Numbered from the stretch's first letter, positions 18,330-29,024 are shown. The stretch: DNA of 64,000 nt from Methanobacteriota archaeon (GCA_963720465.1 OY970393.1:1568001-1632000); one strand, 5' to 3'. Numbers and translations: made by a program. The notes: a model not told the origin generated them from the sequence alone.

Positions 18330-20241
18330 AGAGAGCTGCTCTGCCTGCGCGACGGACATTTTTGAGGAAAAAGGGCCGTTGTGGAAGCAGAAAGAAGTTG
18401 TCATTATTGGTGTAGCTGCAGCCATCTTTGTCATCGGCGTGTATTTCGATGCTGGAATCCATCAGCACATCCTCGCCCAAATCGCGTTCCTTGCGGCGAC
18501 ACTCGTCGCCGGGTACTCCATCATCAAAAAGGGGCTCCTTGGGCTGATCAAGAAACATCGCGTCGATATGAATCTGCTGATAGCGATCGCTGCTGCAGGA
18601 GCATTCACCATTGGCCTTGGCGAGGAAGGAGCGGCGATCATGCTGTTGTTCTTTATCGCCGAGTTCCTCGAAGACTACGCTGGCGATAGGGCGCGACAAG
18701 AGGTCAGGTCACTGCTCAGGCTCGCGCCAGAGACGGCGGTCGTCGTGCGCGGAGGAAGTGAAATCGTCGTTCACGCCCACGAAGTCAAAGTCGCAGAGGT
18801 GGTCGTCGTCAAGCCCGGAGAGAAAATACCATTGGACGGGGTCATCATTAGCGGCACGTCGTTGGTGAATCAAGCTGCCCTTACGGGGGAAAGCGTTCCG
18901 GTTGTGAAGACGGTCGGCGACACGGCATTTGCCGGTACAGTCAGCGAGGACGGATATCTCGAACTACGTGTCACAAAGAGGTCTGATGAAACGATCCTCT
19001 CGCGCATCGTGCAGTTGGTTGATGAGGCGCAGCGAAAGAAGACACCTACCGAGGCGTTTATCGACCGGTTCTCGTACTACTACACCCCCATCGTCATAGC
19101 ACTCGCAGCTCTGGTAGTCGTCCTTCCCGTCCTCCTCTTTGGTCTGCCCTTTAGCGAGTGGTTTTACAGAGGCCTCGTGCTGCTCGTTATCTCGTGTCCG
19201 TGTGCCATGGCGATCTCTACGCCGGTTTCTATGGTTTCGGGGCTCACCGCAGCGGCCCGACAGGGAATCCTCATCAAAGGTGGGGATGTGATCGAAGAGC
19301 TAAAGGACGTCAAAGTAGTCATCTTTGACAAGACGGGGACGCTCACCGAAGGACGACTCGCCGTAACGGATGTACTCAGTCTGAATGGCGCGACAGAACG
19401 CGAGGTTGTGCAGATAGCAGCATCGTTGGGAGCGAAATCGACCCATCCCGCGGCGCAAGCGATCGCTAAGAAGGCAGAAGAAGAAAAGGTCGTGTTAGTG
19501 CCAATCACCGATTTCAAATCGATTGCCGGAAAAGGCCTCACGGGGAGATTCAACGGCGCAGATTTCTACGTTGGTAGCCGTAGCTTCCTTGGGAGCGTGA
19601 ACTCGCGCGTGCCTTATGACGGTATCGACCAACTCGAGATGGAAGGGAAGACGCTCATGCTGGTCGGCACCGATACCCAAGTCATAGGTGTCATCGGCCT
19701 CAAGGATCGAATTCGGGACTCATCGGCAGGGACGCTGCGAGCTCTGACGGCACGTGGCATCAAAACCATCATGTTGACCGGTGACAATGAGCGCGCAGCG
19801 GCTGCGATTGCCAATGAGCTTCCGCTGAGCGAGTATTACGCTGGGCTGCTGCCTGAAGATAAGGTGCGACACGTTGAGGAGCTGGCAACGGCCTACAAAC
19901 ACGTAGCAATGGTCGGAGACGGCGTCAACGATGCCCCCGCGATGGCCCGCGCACAAGTGGGTATCGCAATGGGAGCTGCCGGCTCAGACGTTGCGATTGA
20001 AACTGCTGATATTGCATTGATGCACGATCATCTTTCGAAAGTGACGTATCTTATCGATCTTAGCACGAAAACGATGTCTGTGGTCAGAGAGAACGTGACC
20101 GCGGCGATCCTCATCAAAGCGTCTTTTGCGGTGCTCGCCTTTCCGGGAATCATCACCCTCTGGCTCGCCGTCGGGGTCGGTGACATGGGGCTAAGCCTCG
20201 CCGTCATTCTTAACGCGTTACGAATCGGGGGTAGGGGATAA
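18304..20241 (+). CDS. cadA: P1B-2 heavy-metal (Zn/Cd/Pb) P-type ATPase
   Basis: N-terminal CSAC, LTGES, ISCPC, DKTGTLT, THP, GDGVNDAP, TM7 K and TM8 DMG. Confidence 0.93.
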   Translation: MPENYSHGEESCSACATDIFEEKGPLWKQKEVVIIGVAAAIFVIGVYFDAGIHQHILAQIAFLAATLVAGYSIIKKGLLGLIKKHRVDMNLLIAIAAAGAFTIGLGEEGAAIMLLFFIAEFLEDYAGDRARQEVRSLLRLAPETAVVVRGGSEIVVHAHEVKVAEVVVVKPGEKIPLDGVIISGTSLVNQAALTGESVPVVKTVGDTAFAGTVSEDGYLELRVTKRSDETILSRIVQLVDEAQRKKTPTEAFIDRFSYYYTPIVIALAALVVVLPVLLFGLPFSEWFYRGLVLLVISCPCAMAISTPVSMVSGLTAAARQGILIKGGDVIEELKDVKVVIFDKTGTLTEGRLAVTDVLSLNGATEREVVQIAASLGAKSTHPAAQAIAKKAEEEKVVLVPITDFKSIAGKGLTGRFNGADFYVGSRSFLGSVNSRVPYDGIDQLEMEGKTLMLVGTDTQVIGVIGLKDRIRDSSAGTLRALTARGIKTIMLTGDNERAAAAIANELPLSEYYAGLLPEDKVRHVEELATAYKHVAMVGDGVNDAPAMARAQVGIAMGAAGSDVAIETADIALMHDHLSKVTYLIDLSTKTMSVVRENVTAAILIKASFAVLAFPGIITLWLAVGVGDMGLSLAVILNALRIGGRG

Positions 20242-20248
20242 TGGCACG

Positions 20249-21466
20249 CTATCTGTGGTGTTTTAGGGCGACGACTAGTGCAGCGATTAGAAGCCCGACC
20301 ACGGCATACAATGCTTCAAATCCTGGGAGGCCTGTTCCATTGCTGGTTTGGTTGGAGGTCGCAGCCATGCTCGTGTTCTGAACGGTCGACGAAGCGGGGG
20401 AGGCTGTGGAAGTAACAGCACTTGCAAGGATGATGTTACGGTAGCTGGTGGCCGGCTGTACCAGTGGATACGTGTCGCCGTAGGCTGACGGCGTGCTTCC
20501 GATTCCCGTGCCGTTGGAGGCGGTGCCGTTGTAGTCCGAGTAGTAATTGCCCATATACCCCGTCTGGGCGGTGCCGTTGTAGGTGTACGCCATTGGTTGT
20601 GGGGAATCGAGCCTCACGGAAGAAGATGAGACAACTAGAGCGGACGGTTGGTCAATGAAGTTATTGAGGTATATCGAGTGGTTAGTCGCGTCGATGAGAC
20701 GTATGCCCATCTGAACGTTCGCGCGCAGCGTGTTGAAGGTAAATGTGTTGTTGTCCGACTCCCGAAATCTGACGCCGTACCAATCGTTTTGGCTGATATT
20801 GTTCCCTGTAATAATGTTGCTTGACGAATAAAACAGCGAAATGCCAAAAACGTGGTTCGCGCTCAGGTTGTTGTCACTGACCGTGTTTGAGCCGCTGTAG
20901 TACATGTAGATGCCGTCACTGTATGATGCGTTCCCACCGCCGCCTGTCTCACCAGTTGCCACGTTGTTCGCGATCGTGTTGGAGGTGGCATAGTCACAAT
21001 AGACACCATACCCGTTGTTGGCTAGATTGTTATGGCTCACGTCGCTGTTCGTCGCGTTGGCAAGATATACCGCGAAGACGTTGCCGTGCGCGGTAATGTT
21101 AGTTATGACGCAGGAAGCAACACCGGCAACCTGTACACCAGATTCGCCGCCTATTATGGTCAGGCCGTCAATGTGCACACCTGGACTCGTTAGCAAGAAC
21201 ACATCTTTGCTCGAATCGGCTGCTTTTACTGTCGCGTTTCCTGTTATCGTCAGGGGTTTGTTCACCACGACGTTTTGCGTGTACGTGCCCGGTGCGATGA
21301 GCACCGTGTCGCCCGGTTTCGCAGCATCCACCGCTTGCTGAATGGTTTTAAACTGCCCTCCGGCACCGACAGTCAGATTTGCTGCGCTCACCGGGACCGT
21401 CACAGCAGCGCACAAAATCAGCGTGATCGCAGCGAACAAGAAAGTGTTAGAGACCAATTTGTGCAT
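20249..21466 (-). CDS. NosD/CASH right-handed beta-helix surface glycoprotein with PGF-CTERM
   Basis: Signal peptide, TIQQAVDAAKPGDTVLIAPGTY, Asn-ladder repeats, C-terminal LPGFE + TM + KHHR. Confidence 0.9.
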   Translation of the reverse strand: MHKLVSNTFLFAAITLILCAAVTVPVSAANLTVGAGGQFKTIQQAVDAAKPGDTVLIAPGTYTQNVVVNKPLTITGNATVKAADSSKDVFLLTSPGVHIDGLTIIGGESGVQVAGVASCVITNITAHGNVFAVYLANATNSDVSHNNLANNGYGVYCDYATSNTIANNVATGETGGGGNASYSDGIYMYYSGSNTVSDNNLSANHVFGISLFYSSSNIITGNNISQNDWYGVRFRESDNNTFTFNTLRANVQMGIRLIDATNHSIYLNNFIDQPSALVVSSSSVRLDSPQPMAYTYNGTAQTGYMGNYYSDYNGTASNGTGIGSTPSAYGDTYPLVQPATSYRNIILASAVTSTASPASSTVQNTSMAATSNQTSNGTGLPGFEALYAVVGLLIAALVVALKHHR

Positions 21467-21707
21467 GTCTTGAGCTGATTAGGCCAAAAAAGAAGCTTCA
21501 GGCCTTACTTGACTTGCGTTAGCACGGATATAAAGTTGACGGTAGTTGTGCTCATTGTTCGTTGCGTTGCGGACAGCCGGCAGGCAGCGCGTGCAACGCG
21601 ACAGGATCGGAGGTTCGAGGCTTTCAGTGGGCCTTGTGCCTCCCTGCAATGAGTGTTTGGACAACAGCCATATATACATAGACAGAAGACAAAAAAAGGG
21701 TGATAAG

Positions 21708-22773
21708 CTGCTCCCTCCTGTAACCTTGCGGCACGTCAAAACGCTTACTGATTGTGCAGGCATACTTCAACACGCAAAATATGCGATTCCGAACAGATTT
21801 GAAGGTTATTGCGTTGATGACAATGTGAGAGCACTGCTTGTGACGGCGAAGCACGGCAGTTTGTTCCAAGATGCGTCCACGCTCGATTTGTTGAAGACTT
21901 ATATGGCCTTCACTTTTCACGCGCAGAACGACGATGGGACCATGCACAATTTCATGAGCTACCAACGGGACTTCCTTGACAGCGTGGGGTCCGATGAAGC
22001 GCTGGGTAGGACGCTCTGGGCGTGTGGATACACGAGTGCCGCTTCGAATCTCCCTAAGAACGTTCGAGAAGTTGCACGTGTCATTTTTGAACGCGCAGCG
22101 ACGCACGCGACCAACAGGTTATCCCTAAGAGGGATTGCCTACTGCCTCCTCGGCTTCTATTATTCAAAGGAGTCATTTGAAGGCGCGAGAGAGAGAATCA
22201 AAGCGCTTGCAGCAGAGATTCTACGCAATTACGAGGACACGCGAGCTCCAGACTGGGAGTGGTTCGAAGACTTCATGTCGGTACTCGAACGCTCGGCTGC
22301 CCCAGGCGATGTTGCTTGCCTACGATGCAGTTGGCGATGAGCGACTCCTTTCGTGCGGCGAAAGAACCCTGAAGTTCCTGTGGGATGAAGAGGTTACTTC
22401 AAACGGTGTGATAAATGTCATAGGAAACAACGGCTGGTACGTCCGCGGAAAACACAGAGCGCTCGGCGACGAACAGGCGATCGACGTCGGCGCACTTGTC
22501 GAGGCATTCTTAGGCGCTTACAGGGTCACCGGCAAGCAGCACTACTACCAAGACGCGCTTGAGTGTTTTAGCTGGTTCACTGGCAACAATCTGCTCAAGC
22601 TGCCGATGTATGATGAGGACACCGGTGGTTGTTTTGATGGTCTCTCGCCCCAAAAAGGAGTTAATCAAAACCTTGGCGCTGAGTCTACAGTAGCCTACCT
22701 CTTGTGCAGACTGGCATTTGAAGAGGTCGAAAAGCCTTCTCCAAGTCGCCGAAAGTTCACGGAAAACGGTTGA
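21708..22773 (+). pseudogene. Six-hairpin glycosidase-like protein (resembles the C-terminal domain of GT4 fusions), frameshifted at about 22281
   Basis: GILQHA, GYCVDDNVRAL, WEWFED then YSNARLPQA, GNNGW, DEQAID, WFTGNN, GGCFDGL, NQNLGAEST. One extra G (TCG-G-TAC) splits two overlapping ORFs. The start may be CTG 21708 after GGGTGA. Confidence 0.8.
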
Positions 22774-22855
22774 GTCAAGGCAGAATTCTCCACCCCTTAA
22801 AGCACAAAAAAGCTCAAAGAATAGCGAGGACAACAAAAGTCACTGGTGCACATCT

Positions 22856-23479
22856 ATGCAGAACCCTGCCGCCCAAAAGCCCGAAGACTACGTCAAATCA
22901 GCGATGAAGGTTATCGCTGCGAATGTGCAGGCCATAGCTGATGACATAGACTATTCTGAGGTGAAGACGCTTGTCAGCGAAATTCTAACCGTGCATCAGA
23001 ACCAAAAGCGACTGTTTGTCATGGGTGCCGGCAGATCGGGACTCGTCGTTAGGGGCTTTGCCATGCGACTGATGCACTTGGGATTCAACGTTTATGTAGT
23101 TGGCGAGACGGTGACCCCGGCCGTTGAAACGAATGATCTTCTTATCGTTATATCGGGCTCCGGAGAGACCAAATCAATCAATGAGATGAGTGCCCTCGCA
23201 AAAGCGAAAGGCACACGACTCGCCGCAGTAACGTCAAATAAGGACTCTTCACTTGGAACTATTTCAGATACTATTGTAGTCGTGAAGGGACGAACTAAAA
23301 CAAGCGGCATGGACTTTATGGAGCGACAAGTCGTCGGCTCGCACATATCATTTGCTCCGCTCGGCACAATGTTTGAGATAAGCACGATGGTATTCTTAGA
23401 CGGCATCATCGCCGCTCTTATGGAGATCACAAAAAAGAGTGAGGACGACTTGAAGAAAAAGCACGCGACCCTCGAATAG
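22856..23479 (+). CDS. hxlB: 6-phospho-3-hexuloisomerase (SIS domain)
   Basis: GAGRSGLV...FAMRLMHLG, VVGETVTP, ISGSGET, APLGTMFE, HATLE end. Confidence 0.95.
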   Translation: MQNPAAQKPEDYVKSAMKVIAANVQAIADDIDYSEVKTLVSEILTVHQNQKRLFVMGAGRSGLVVRGFAMRLMHLGFNVYVVGETVTPAVETNDLLIVISGSGETKSINEMSALAKAKGTRLAAVTSNKDSSLGTISDTIVVVKGRTKTSGMDFMERQVVGSHISFAPLGTMFEISTMVFLDGIIAALMEITKKSEDDLKKKHATLE

Positions 23480-23521
23480 ACTGTTTTTACACGACGCTAA
23501 TGACGGCCCGTAAAAAACGGG

Positions 23522-24064
23522 TTACTGCTCTGACGCATGAAGCAAAATGTGCTGGAGCTCGGGCACGATGAGAGCTTCCATCGCGAGCGTCACGGCGTCT
23601 GGAGAGCCAGGAAGACAGAAAATAGCCGTATTTCCTATGATGCCGCTTGTAGCTCGTGTGAGCATGGCGGCTGAACCAATTTCATCGTAGCTGATGCTTC
23701 TAAATAGCTCGCCAAAACCTGGAATTTCTTTTTGAAGCATTTGCTGAACGGCCTCGATAGTCACATCGCGTGGGGCGAGTCCGGTCCCGCCCGTTGTGAT
23801 GATTACGTCAGTGTTACTGAGGAGGGCCCTCACAGATGCGGTTATTAACGCTGCTTCGTCCGATATCAGGGTATACGAACGAACCTTGTGGCCAGCGCTC
23901 CTCAAAAAGTCGATAATAATTCGACCGGATATGTCTTCGGCCTCTTCTGGCGCCTTGACACTTCCATATTTCGCAAATCGAGACGTGCTGATCGAGATTA
24001 CACCAACTTCAAAGCGCTTGTTTACGGCGGGCTTATGGTGGGCCTGTGACCGCTGGCGTCGCAT
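23522..24064 (-). CDS. moaB: Molybdenum cofactor biosynthesis protein MoaB/MogA
   Basis: EDISG, TTGGTGLAPRDVTIEA, PGFGELFR, FCLPGSPDAV; start uncertain. Confidence 0.92.
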   Translation of the reverse strand: MRRQRSQAHHKPAVNKRFEVGVISISTSRFAKYGSVKAPEEAEDISGRIIIDFLRSAGHKVRSYTLISDEAALITASVRALLSNTDVIITTGGTGLAPRDVTIEAVQQMLQKEIPGFGELFRSISYDEIGSAAMLTRATSGIIGNTAIFCLPGSPDAVTLAMEALIVPELQHILLHASEQ

Positions 24065-24175
24065 ACACGTGGATTGCATTAGTGCGTATATAGCATTTCT
24101 GACGGGAGATTCTGCCACAAGACGCTGGCGCCACGTTAATAAGTATAATAAGAAGCGTCGCCTACTCTTTCAATT

Positions 24176-25243
24176 ATGCGTGTTATCGCATTAGACGTCG
24201 GTACAGGAACCCAAGATGTGCTCCTGTACGACACGAGCTTAGTTACAGAGAATAACGTAAAAATGGTAATGCCTTCGCAAACGGCAATAGTCGCCAACCG
24301 GATCAAGTCTGTTACGGAGCAGGGCCGCAGCTTATTTTTGTGCGGCGAGACGATGGGAGGTGGGCCGAGCAGCGCAGCCGTTCGAGCTCACTTACAGGAG
24401 GGATATTCGGTTTTTGCAACGCCGCTTGCAGCAAGAACGCTCAATGATGATCTTGACAAAGTCCAATCGTGGGGGGTAAAGATAACGGCAGCACAGCCGA
24501 AAACAGACTGTGTTCGAATAGAGATGAACGATGTGGACGTGCCCGCACTAAAATCTGCGCTTCAACAATTCGACGTAAGTCTGCCTACGATGTGCGCAGT
24601 AGCGTGTCAAGATCACGGTGAGAGTTCCGAGAGTAATAGAATTTTTCGTTTTCAGCACTTCAAGCACTTGATCGCGGCGGGTGGTGAGCTGACCAGTTTT
24701 TGCTATGTGGATGGTAGGATCCCCAACTACTTGACACGACTAAAGGCCGTATATCGGACATTGGGGCAGGAAGAAATGCAGCGGATCCTAGTGATGGATA
24801 CTGGTCCGGCCGCAATATTAGGTGCGCTGTGTGATGATGAAGCGGCTAAGCACGCCTGGGAACCTCATATCATTGTAAACGTTGGAAACGGTCATACTCT
24901 CGCAGCTATGCTGGACCAAAAGAAGATCATCGGCATGTTTGAACACCACACGTCCTTGATCACCACAGAAAAACTCGACTATTTTTTGTCACTGTTTATA
25001 GATGGTAAATTAACGAATGAACGGATTTTTCAAGATGGGGGGCACGGGTGTTACATACACGAAACTGGATACCGGGAGATAGATCGAGCTTTCAGAGAGA
25101 GAGGCTTTCGGGTAACCACAATAGGACCTCAACGAGGGATTATGAAGAAATCTCGACTGAGTCCGTATTTTGCAGCACCAGGCGGTGATATGATGCTAGC
25201 TGGGTGTTTTGGATTGGTAACCGGCTTCAATAGTTTAGTCTAA
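24176..25243 (+). CDS. DUF1786 family protein (ASKHA-like fold)
   Basis: LDVGTGTQD, GETMGGGP, QDHG, SNRIFRF, MDTGPAAILGA, NVGNGHT, FEHHT, DGGHG, PGGDMMLAGCFGL. Confidence 0.88.
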   Translation: MRVIALDVGTGTQDVLLYDTSLVTENNVKMVMPSQTAIVANRIKSVTEQGRSLFLCGETMGGGPSSAAVRAHLQEGYSVFATPLAARTLNDDLDKVQSWGVKITAAQPKTDCVRIEMNDVDVPALKSALQQFDVSLPTMCAVACQDHGESSESNRIFRFQHFKHLIAAGGELTSFCYVDGRIPNYLTRLKAVYRTLGQEEMQRILVMDTGPAAILGALCDDEAAKHAWEPHIIVNVGNGHTLAAMLDQKKIIGMFEHHTSLITTEKLDYFLSLFIDGKLTNERIFQDGGHGCYIHETGYREIDRAFRERGFRVTTIGPQRGIMKKSRLSPYFAAPGGDMMLAGCFGLVTGFNSLV

Positions 25244-25280
25244 TTTGTCTGCCTTGACCAAGGAGTAGGAGTAGGAATAA

Positions 25281-25770
25281 TGCACACCCCCCATGTTTGC
25301 GCATCCATAAAACCTTAAACATTAAATATTGAAACAAATTTATACAAAAATTTATATATTAAAAGATTATTACCCCTACAACATGCTATTTTTTATAACT
25401 TACTACTAAACAAAACTCCATTTTTTATTTTTACAGTAGAAAGCATGGGGAGCGTCTCGAACCTTTTCCACAAGCAACAAAGGTATGGCTAACAAGAAGA
25501 ACAAGATATCGATCTTACTTTAAGAACCTTTCATAGCCTTACAAATTAGCGAAGATTATGCCGTTTCGAAGCAAAATAAAACCTGGATTGAGGCTCTAGG
25601 GAGCGATCGATATAAGTCCATGATTGCTTAGTAGCATGATAGGAATACAAGTAGTAGAGTTTGCAGTGGAAGAAATCACTAGTTCCACAGGAAATATAGG
25701 TTGAATTGCACTGGAAATACAACTTCAGAAATCATAAAGTTTATTAACTCACGTTTCCACTATACGGTAG
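25281..25770. other. Archaeal replication origin (oriC)
   Basis: An AT-rich unwinding element (about 25310-25430) is flanked by inverted ORB-like boxes with G-strings (minus strand GCAAACATGGGGGG near 25287-25300; TTACAGTAGAAAGCATGGGG 25431-25450). Mini-ORBs: TTGCAGTGGAAG 25661, GTTCCACAGGAAAT 25682, TTGCACTGGAAAT 25706, GTTTCCAC 25753. Directly upstream of cdc6. Confidence 0.88.
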
Positions 25771-25866
25771 GACCAAGCGGATGGCTCTGAGTAGTCAGTT
25801 ATCTATGCTAGAGTTCAGTGCCTCCAGCAAGCATTCGCTTCCTCTGTTGAAATTGGAGGCAGAAAG

Positions 25867-27096
25867 TTGGAAGGACTTTTTGATAACCTTTTAGAAAGGA
25901 AACCTGTTTTCAAAGATAAAGAAGTTCTGAGGCCATCCTATACGCCTAACTATCTACCTCACAGGCGCGATCAGCTCAACTCAATTGCTATTATTTTGGT
26001 CGTCGCTCTTAAAGGAGAGACCCCCTCCAATATTCTTGTGTACGGCAAAACCGGCACAGGGAAAACGGCTTGCGCCAAATTTGTGGGCAAAGAATTGATG
26101 GAAGTCGGCGCATCTCGAGGAGTTCCGTGTAACGTTGCGTACATAAATTGCGAAGTGGTCGATACTCAGTACCGCGTCCTTGCATATCTGGCTCGCCAGT
26201 TCAATAAAGATGTGCCGATGACGGGGTGGCCAACAGATCAAGTCTACTCGGAGTTTATTGAAGCACTCAACTCGCAAGGCGGGAGCGTCATAATAATTCT
26301 TGACGAGCTTGACAAGTTGGTCCGAAAAAGCGGGGACGATGTGCTTTACAATTTGTCGCGAATTAACCTCGAGCTCACAGACACCCGGGTCAGTCTCATT
26401 GGGATCTCCAACGACTTGAAGTTTACAGAATATCTTGACCCTCGGGTTAGGAGCTCACTAGCTGAAGAAGAGATAATATTTCCACCTTATGACGCGAATC
26501 AACTGCGAGACATCCTCGAAGAACGAGCGCGTCTAGCCTTTAAGGAACACGCGTTGAACCAAGAAGTCATTCCGCTCTGTGCAGCCCTTGCCGCTCAGGA
26601 GCACGGAGATGCCAGACGCGCGCTCGATTTGCTGAGGGTATCAGGAGAATTCGCCGAGCGCGTGAATGCCGACAGCGTCAAGGAGGAGCACGTTCGGACC
26701 GCTCAGATGCGGATAGAACTCAACCGAGTCGCAGAGGTAATTCGCACCCTCCCTACCCAAGCGAAGCTGGTGCTGTACAGCATAATCACACTTCATCAAA
26801 ACGGAGCGCGAAGCGCAACAACCGGCGAGGTAAACCGAGTGTATGAAACGCTTTGCAGGCAAATAGACCTCGACGTGTTGACTAAAAGGCGAATCACCGA
26901 TTTAATAATGGAGCTGGATCTGCTCGGAATAATCAGTACAAAAGTTGTCAGCAAGGGCAGATACGGTAGAACAAAGGAAATATCTCTCTCGGTTCCCTTA
27001 GACGAAACGTTTCGGGTTTTGTTAGAAGATTATCGTTTGGAAGCTTTAAACGGAACGCGATTTGCAAGAAGATCAGTCAAAGAAACCCTATTTTAA
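25867..27096 (+). CDS. cdc6: Orc1/Cdc6 replication initiator
   Basis: LPHR, YGKTGTGKT, ILDELD, LDPRVRSSL, FPPY, HGDARRALDLL, winged helix SKGRYGRT; TTG start after GGAGG. Confidence 0.97.
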   Translation: MEGLFDNLLERKPVFKDKEVLRPSYTPNYLPHRRDQLNSIAIILVVALKGETPSNILVYGKTGTGKTACAKFVGKELMEVGASRGVPCNVAYINCEVVDTQYRVLAYLARQFNKDVPMTGWPTDQVYSEFIEALNSQGGSVIIILDELDKLVRKSGDDVLYNLSRINLELTDTRVSLIGISNDLKFTEYLDPRVRSSLAEEEIIFPPYDANQLRDILEERARLAFKEHALNQEVIPLCAALAAQEHGDARRALDLLRVSGEFAERVNADSVKEEHVRTAQMRIELNRVAEVIRTLPTQAKLVLYSIITLHQNGARSATTGEVNRVYETLCRQIDLDVLTKRRITDLIMELDLLGIISTKVVSKGRYGRTKEISLSVPLDETFRVLLEDYRLEALNGTRFARRSVKETLF

Positions 27097-27270
27097 GCTG
27101 TTGATAGCGGCGGTTGAGCTGGGAATACGCTCGCGGCGACCTAAACAAACGCTCGGCTTCGTTTTTCTGTAAGCCCTTACCACAACCCTTTTAAATTCTT
27201 AACAATTACGACAGTAGTAATCGCTCCCTAGGCAACTGATCGATCAAACGTAGTCCGATCATTCCGCGAT

Positions 27271-28383
27271 GTGATTCAAGTGGCCGATTTCAACACTGAA
27301 AATCGATTTTTTCAAAACATTTACGACGATGATTCCGTGGTATGGATGGGGCAAAACACCAACCATTTTGCTACGCCACAAGCGATCAAGCGGGCTATGG
27401 TAAATGCCATCGACAAAGAGGAATACCACAAATATCCGCCCCCGTATGGACTTGAGGAGTTACGGACCCTCATACTTCAAGACTTAAATTTGACTCCACC
27501 CCACGAAGTCCACGTGACGGAGGGCGGTACAGAATCGCTTTACCAGGTGACGCGCACCTTGCTGCGTCCTGGTGACGTAATGATCTCGACGGATCCAGGT
27601 TACTACGTCATTCATAAGTTTGCTGAGCTAAGCGGAGCCAAAGTTCTTGACCTACCGATCTACGCAGCAGATATTAACTACAAATTGACGCCGGACATGG
27701 TAAACGAGGTGATGAGCAAGCGAACTAAAATGCTGACCCTCGTCGACCCTCTGAACCCGTTGGGCGTAACCTACACAACAAAAGAAGTCAAGGCGTTTTG
27801 CGAAATAGCCGAAGACGCGGGCGTCTATTTGTTGAATGACGTGACCTACCGAGACATGGCAAAACTCCATACTCTCGCCGCCGACTTTTATCCTGAAGGT
27901 ACAATAACGATTTACAGTTTTTCAAAGAACTGCGGCTTAGCTGGATTACGGCTGGGTGCTCATGTTGCAACAAGCGAGCTCATAGAGCGACTGGCCCGTT
28001 ACAAGATAAATGACCTCGGAACGTCAATTGTTAGTCAAATTGCAGGAATTGCAGCCCTCAAGACCAAACTTGATTGGCTCCCGAAGGTGGTTGAAGCCAT
28101 TATGGCAAATCAAGCCATCATAAAAGACGCTGTCGATAAGATACAGGGAGCGTATCTCCCCGTTTATCCGTCACAGGGAAGCATGTTCGTAATCGATATC
28201 TCAGGCACAGGCAAGAGGCCCGAAACCATCGTGGACGCGATGCTGAAACGCGGGTTTTTCATAAGAGTAGCTGAGTACACTACGCGAAGATTTGTCGACA
28301 AGTATGTGCGTGTAAGCTTTGCTGTCCCTAAGGCGCAAGTTCAGCGATTCGCGATCGAATTTTCGAGTGTTTTTGGAGCATGA
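27271..28383 (+). CDS. PLP-dependent aminotransferase class I/II
   Basis: YPPPYGLEELR, TEGGTES, DPLNPLG, NDVTY, SFSKNCGLAGLRLG. Confidence 0.92.
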   Translation: MIQVADFNTENRFFQNIYDDDSVVWMGQNTNHFATPQAIKRAMVNAIDKEEYHKYPPPYGLEELRTLILQDLNLTPPHEVHVTEGGTESLYQVTRTLLRPGDVMISTDPGYYVIHKFAELSGAKVLDLPIYAADINYKLTPDMVNEVMSKRTKMLTLVDPLNPLGVTYTTKEVKAFCEIAEDAGVYLLNDVTYRDMAKLHTLAADFYPEGTITIYSFSKNCGLAGLRLGAHVATSELIERLARYKINDLGTSIVSQIAGIAALKTKLDWLPKVVEAIMANQAIIKDAVDKIQGAYLPVYPSQGSMFVIDISGTGKRPETIVDAMLKRGFFIRVAEYTTRRFVDKYVRVSFAVPKAQVQRFAIEFSSVFGA

Positions 28384-29024
28384 ATCATCATCTGAAACGC
28401 GGGATTCTTGTAGCAATTGAGGGTATAGATGGTGTCGGAAAAACTACGCAGTCAATACATTTAGTGGAGAGAATGAGAGGCATAGGGTTCGACGCTGTCC
28501 GCTTTTTCGAGCCAACTAATGAAACTCTAGAGGCACAACAGATACGGCAGACGCTTGAGCACGGCCCCCCCAAAAAACCCAGCGACCTAGTTGACCTGTT
28601 TCTGGCTGATCGTAGATACGATGTGGAACAGCACATAACGCCGGCGCTATTAGAAAAGAAGATCGTCGTAATGGACAGATATTTCTTATCTACCGCGGCA
28701 TATCAGTCAGATAGTAGACCGTGGCAAGAGATACTGAAGACGAATCGAGAATTCGCTCCCGAGCCGGACATTAGTTTCATTATCAACTGGCCTGCAGATG
28801 TAGCCATGACCCTTATTGGAAAACGCGATAATAGTTTGACTACTTTTGAGAATGAAACTGCCCTTATCAAGGTACGGGGGCGGTATCTCGAGATGGCGCG
28901 AGAGGATTCCGGGAACTATGTCGTCGTTGAAAAGATTGCTGATGAAGAGGATGTGTGCGACGAGATCTTAGATACCCTCCTCAAGTACCTCCATAAAAAT
29001 AGGCTCGTTCAATACGACGTTTGA
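28380..29024 (+). CDS. tmk: Thymidylate kinase
   Basis: IEGIDGVGKTT, FEP, LFLADR, MDRYFLSTAAYQ. Confidence 0.95.
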   Translation: MNHHLKRGILVAIEGIDGVGKTTQSIHLVERMRGIGFDAVRFFEPTNETLEAQQIRQTLEHGPPKKPSDLVDLFLADRRYDVEQHITPALLEKKIVVMDRYFLSTAAYQSDSRPWQEILKTNREFAPEPDISFIINWPADVAMTLIGKRDNSLTTFENETALIKVRGRYLEMAREDSGNYVVVEKIADEEDVCDEILDTLLKYLHKNRLVQYDV

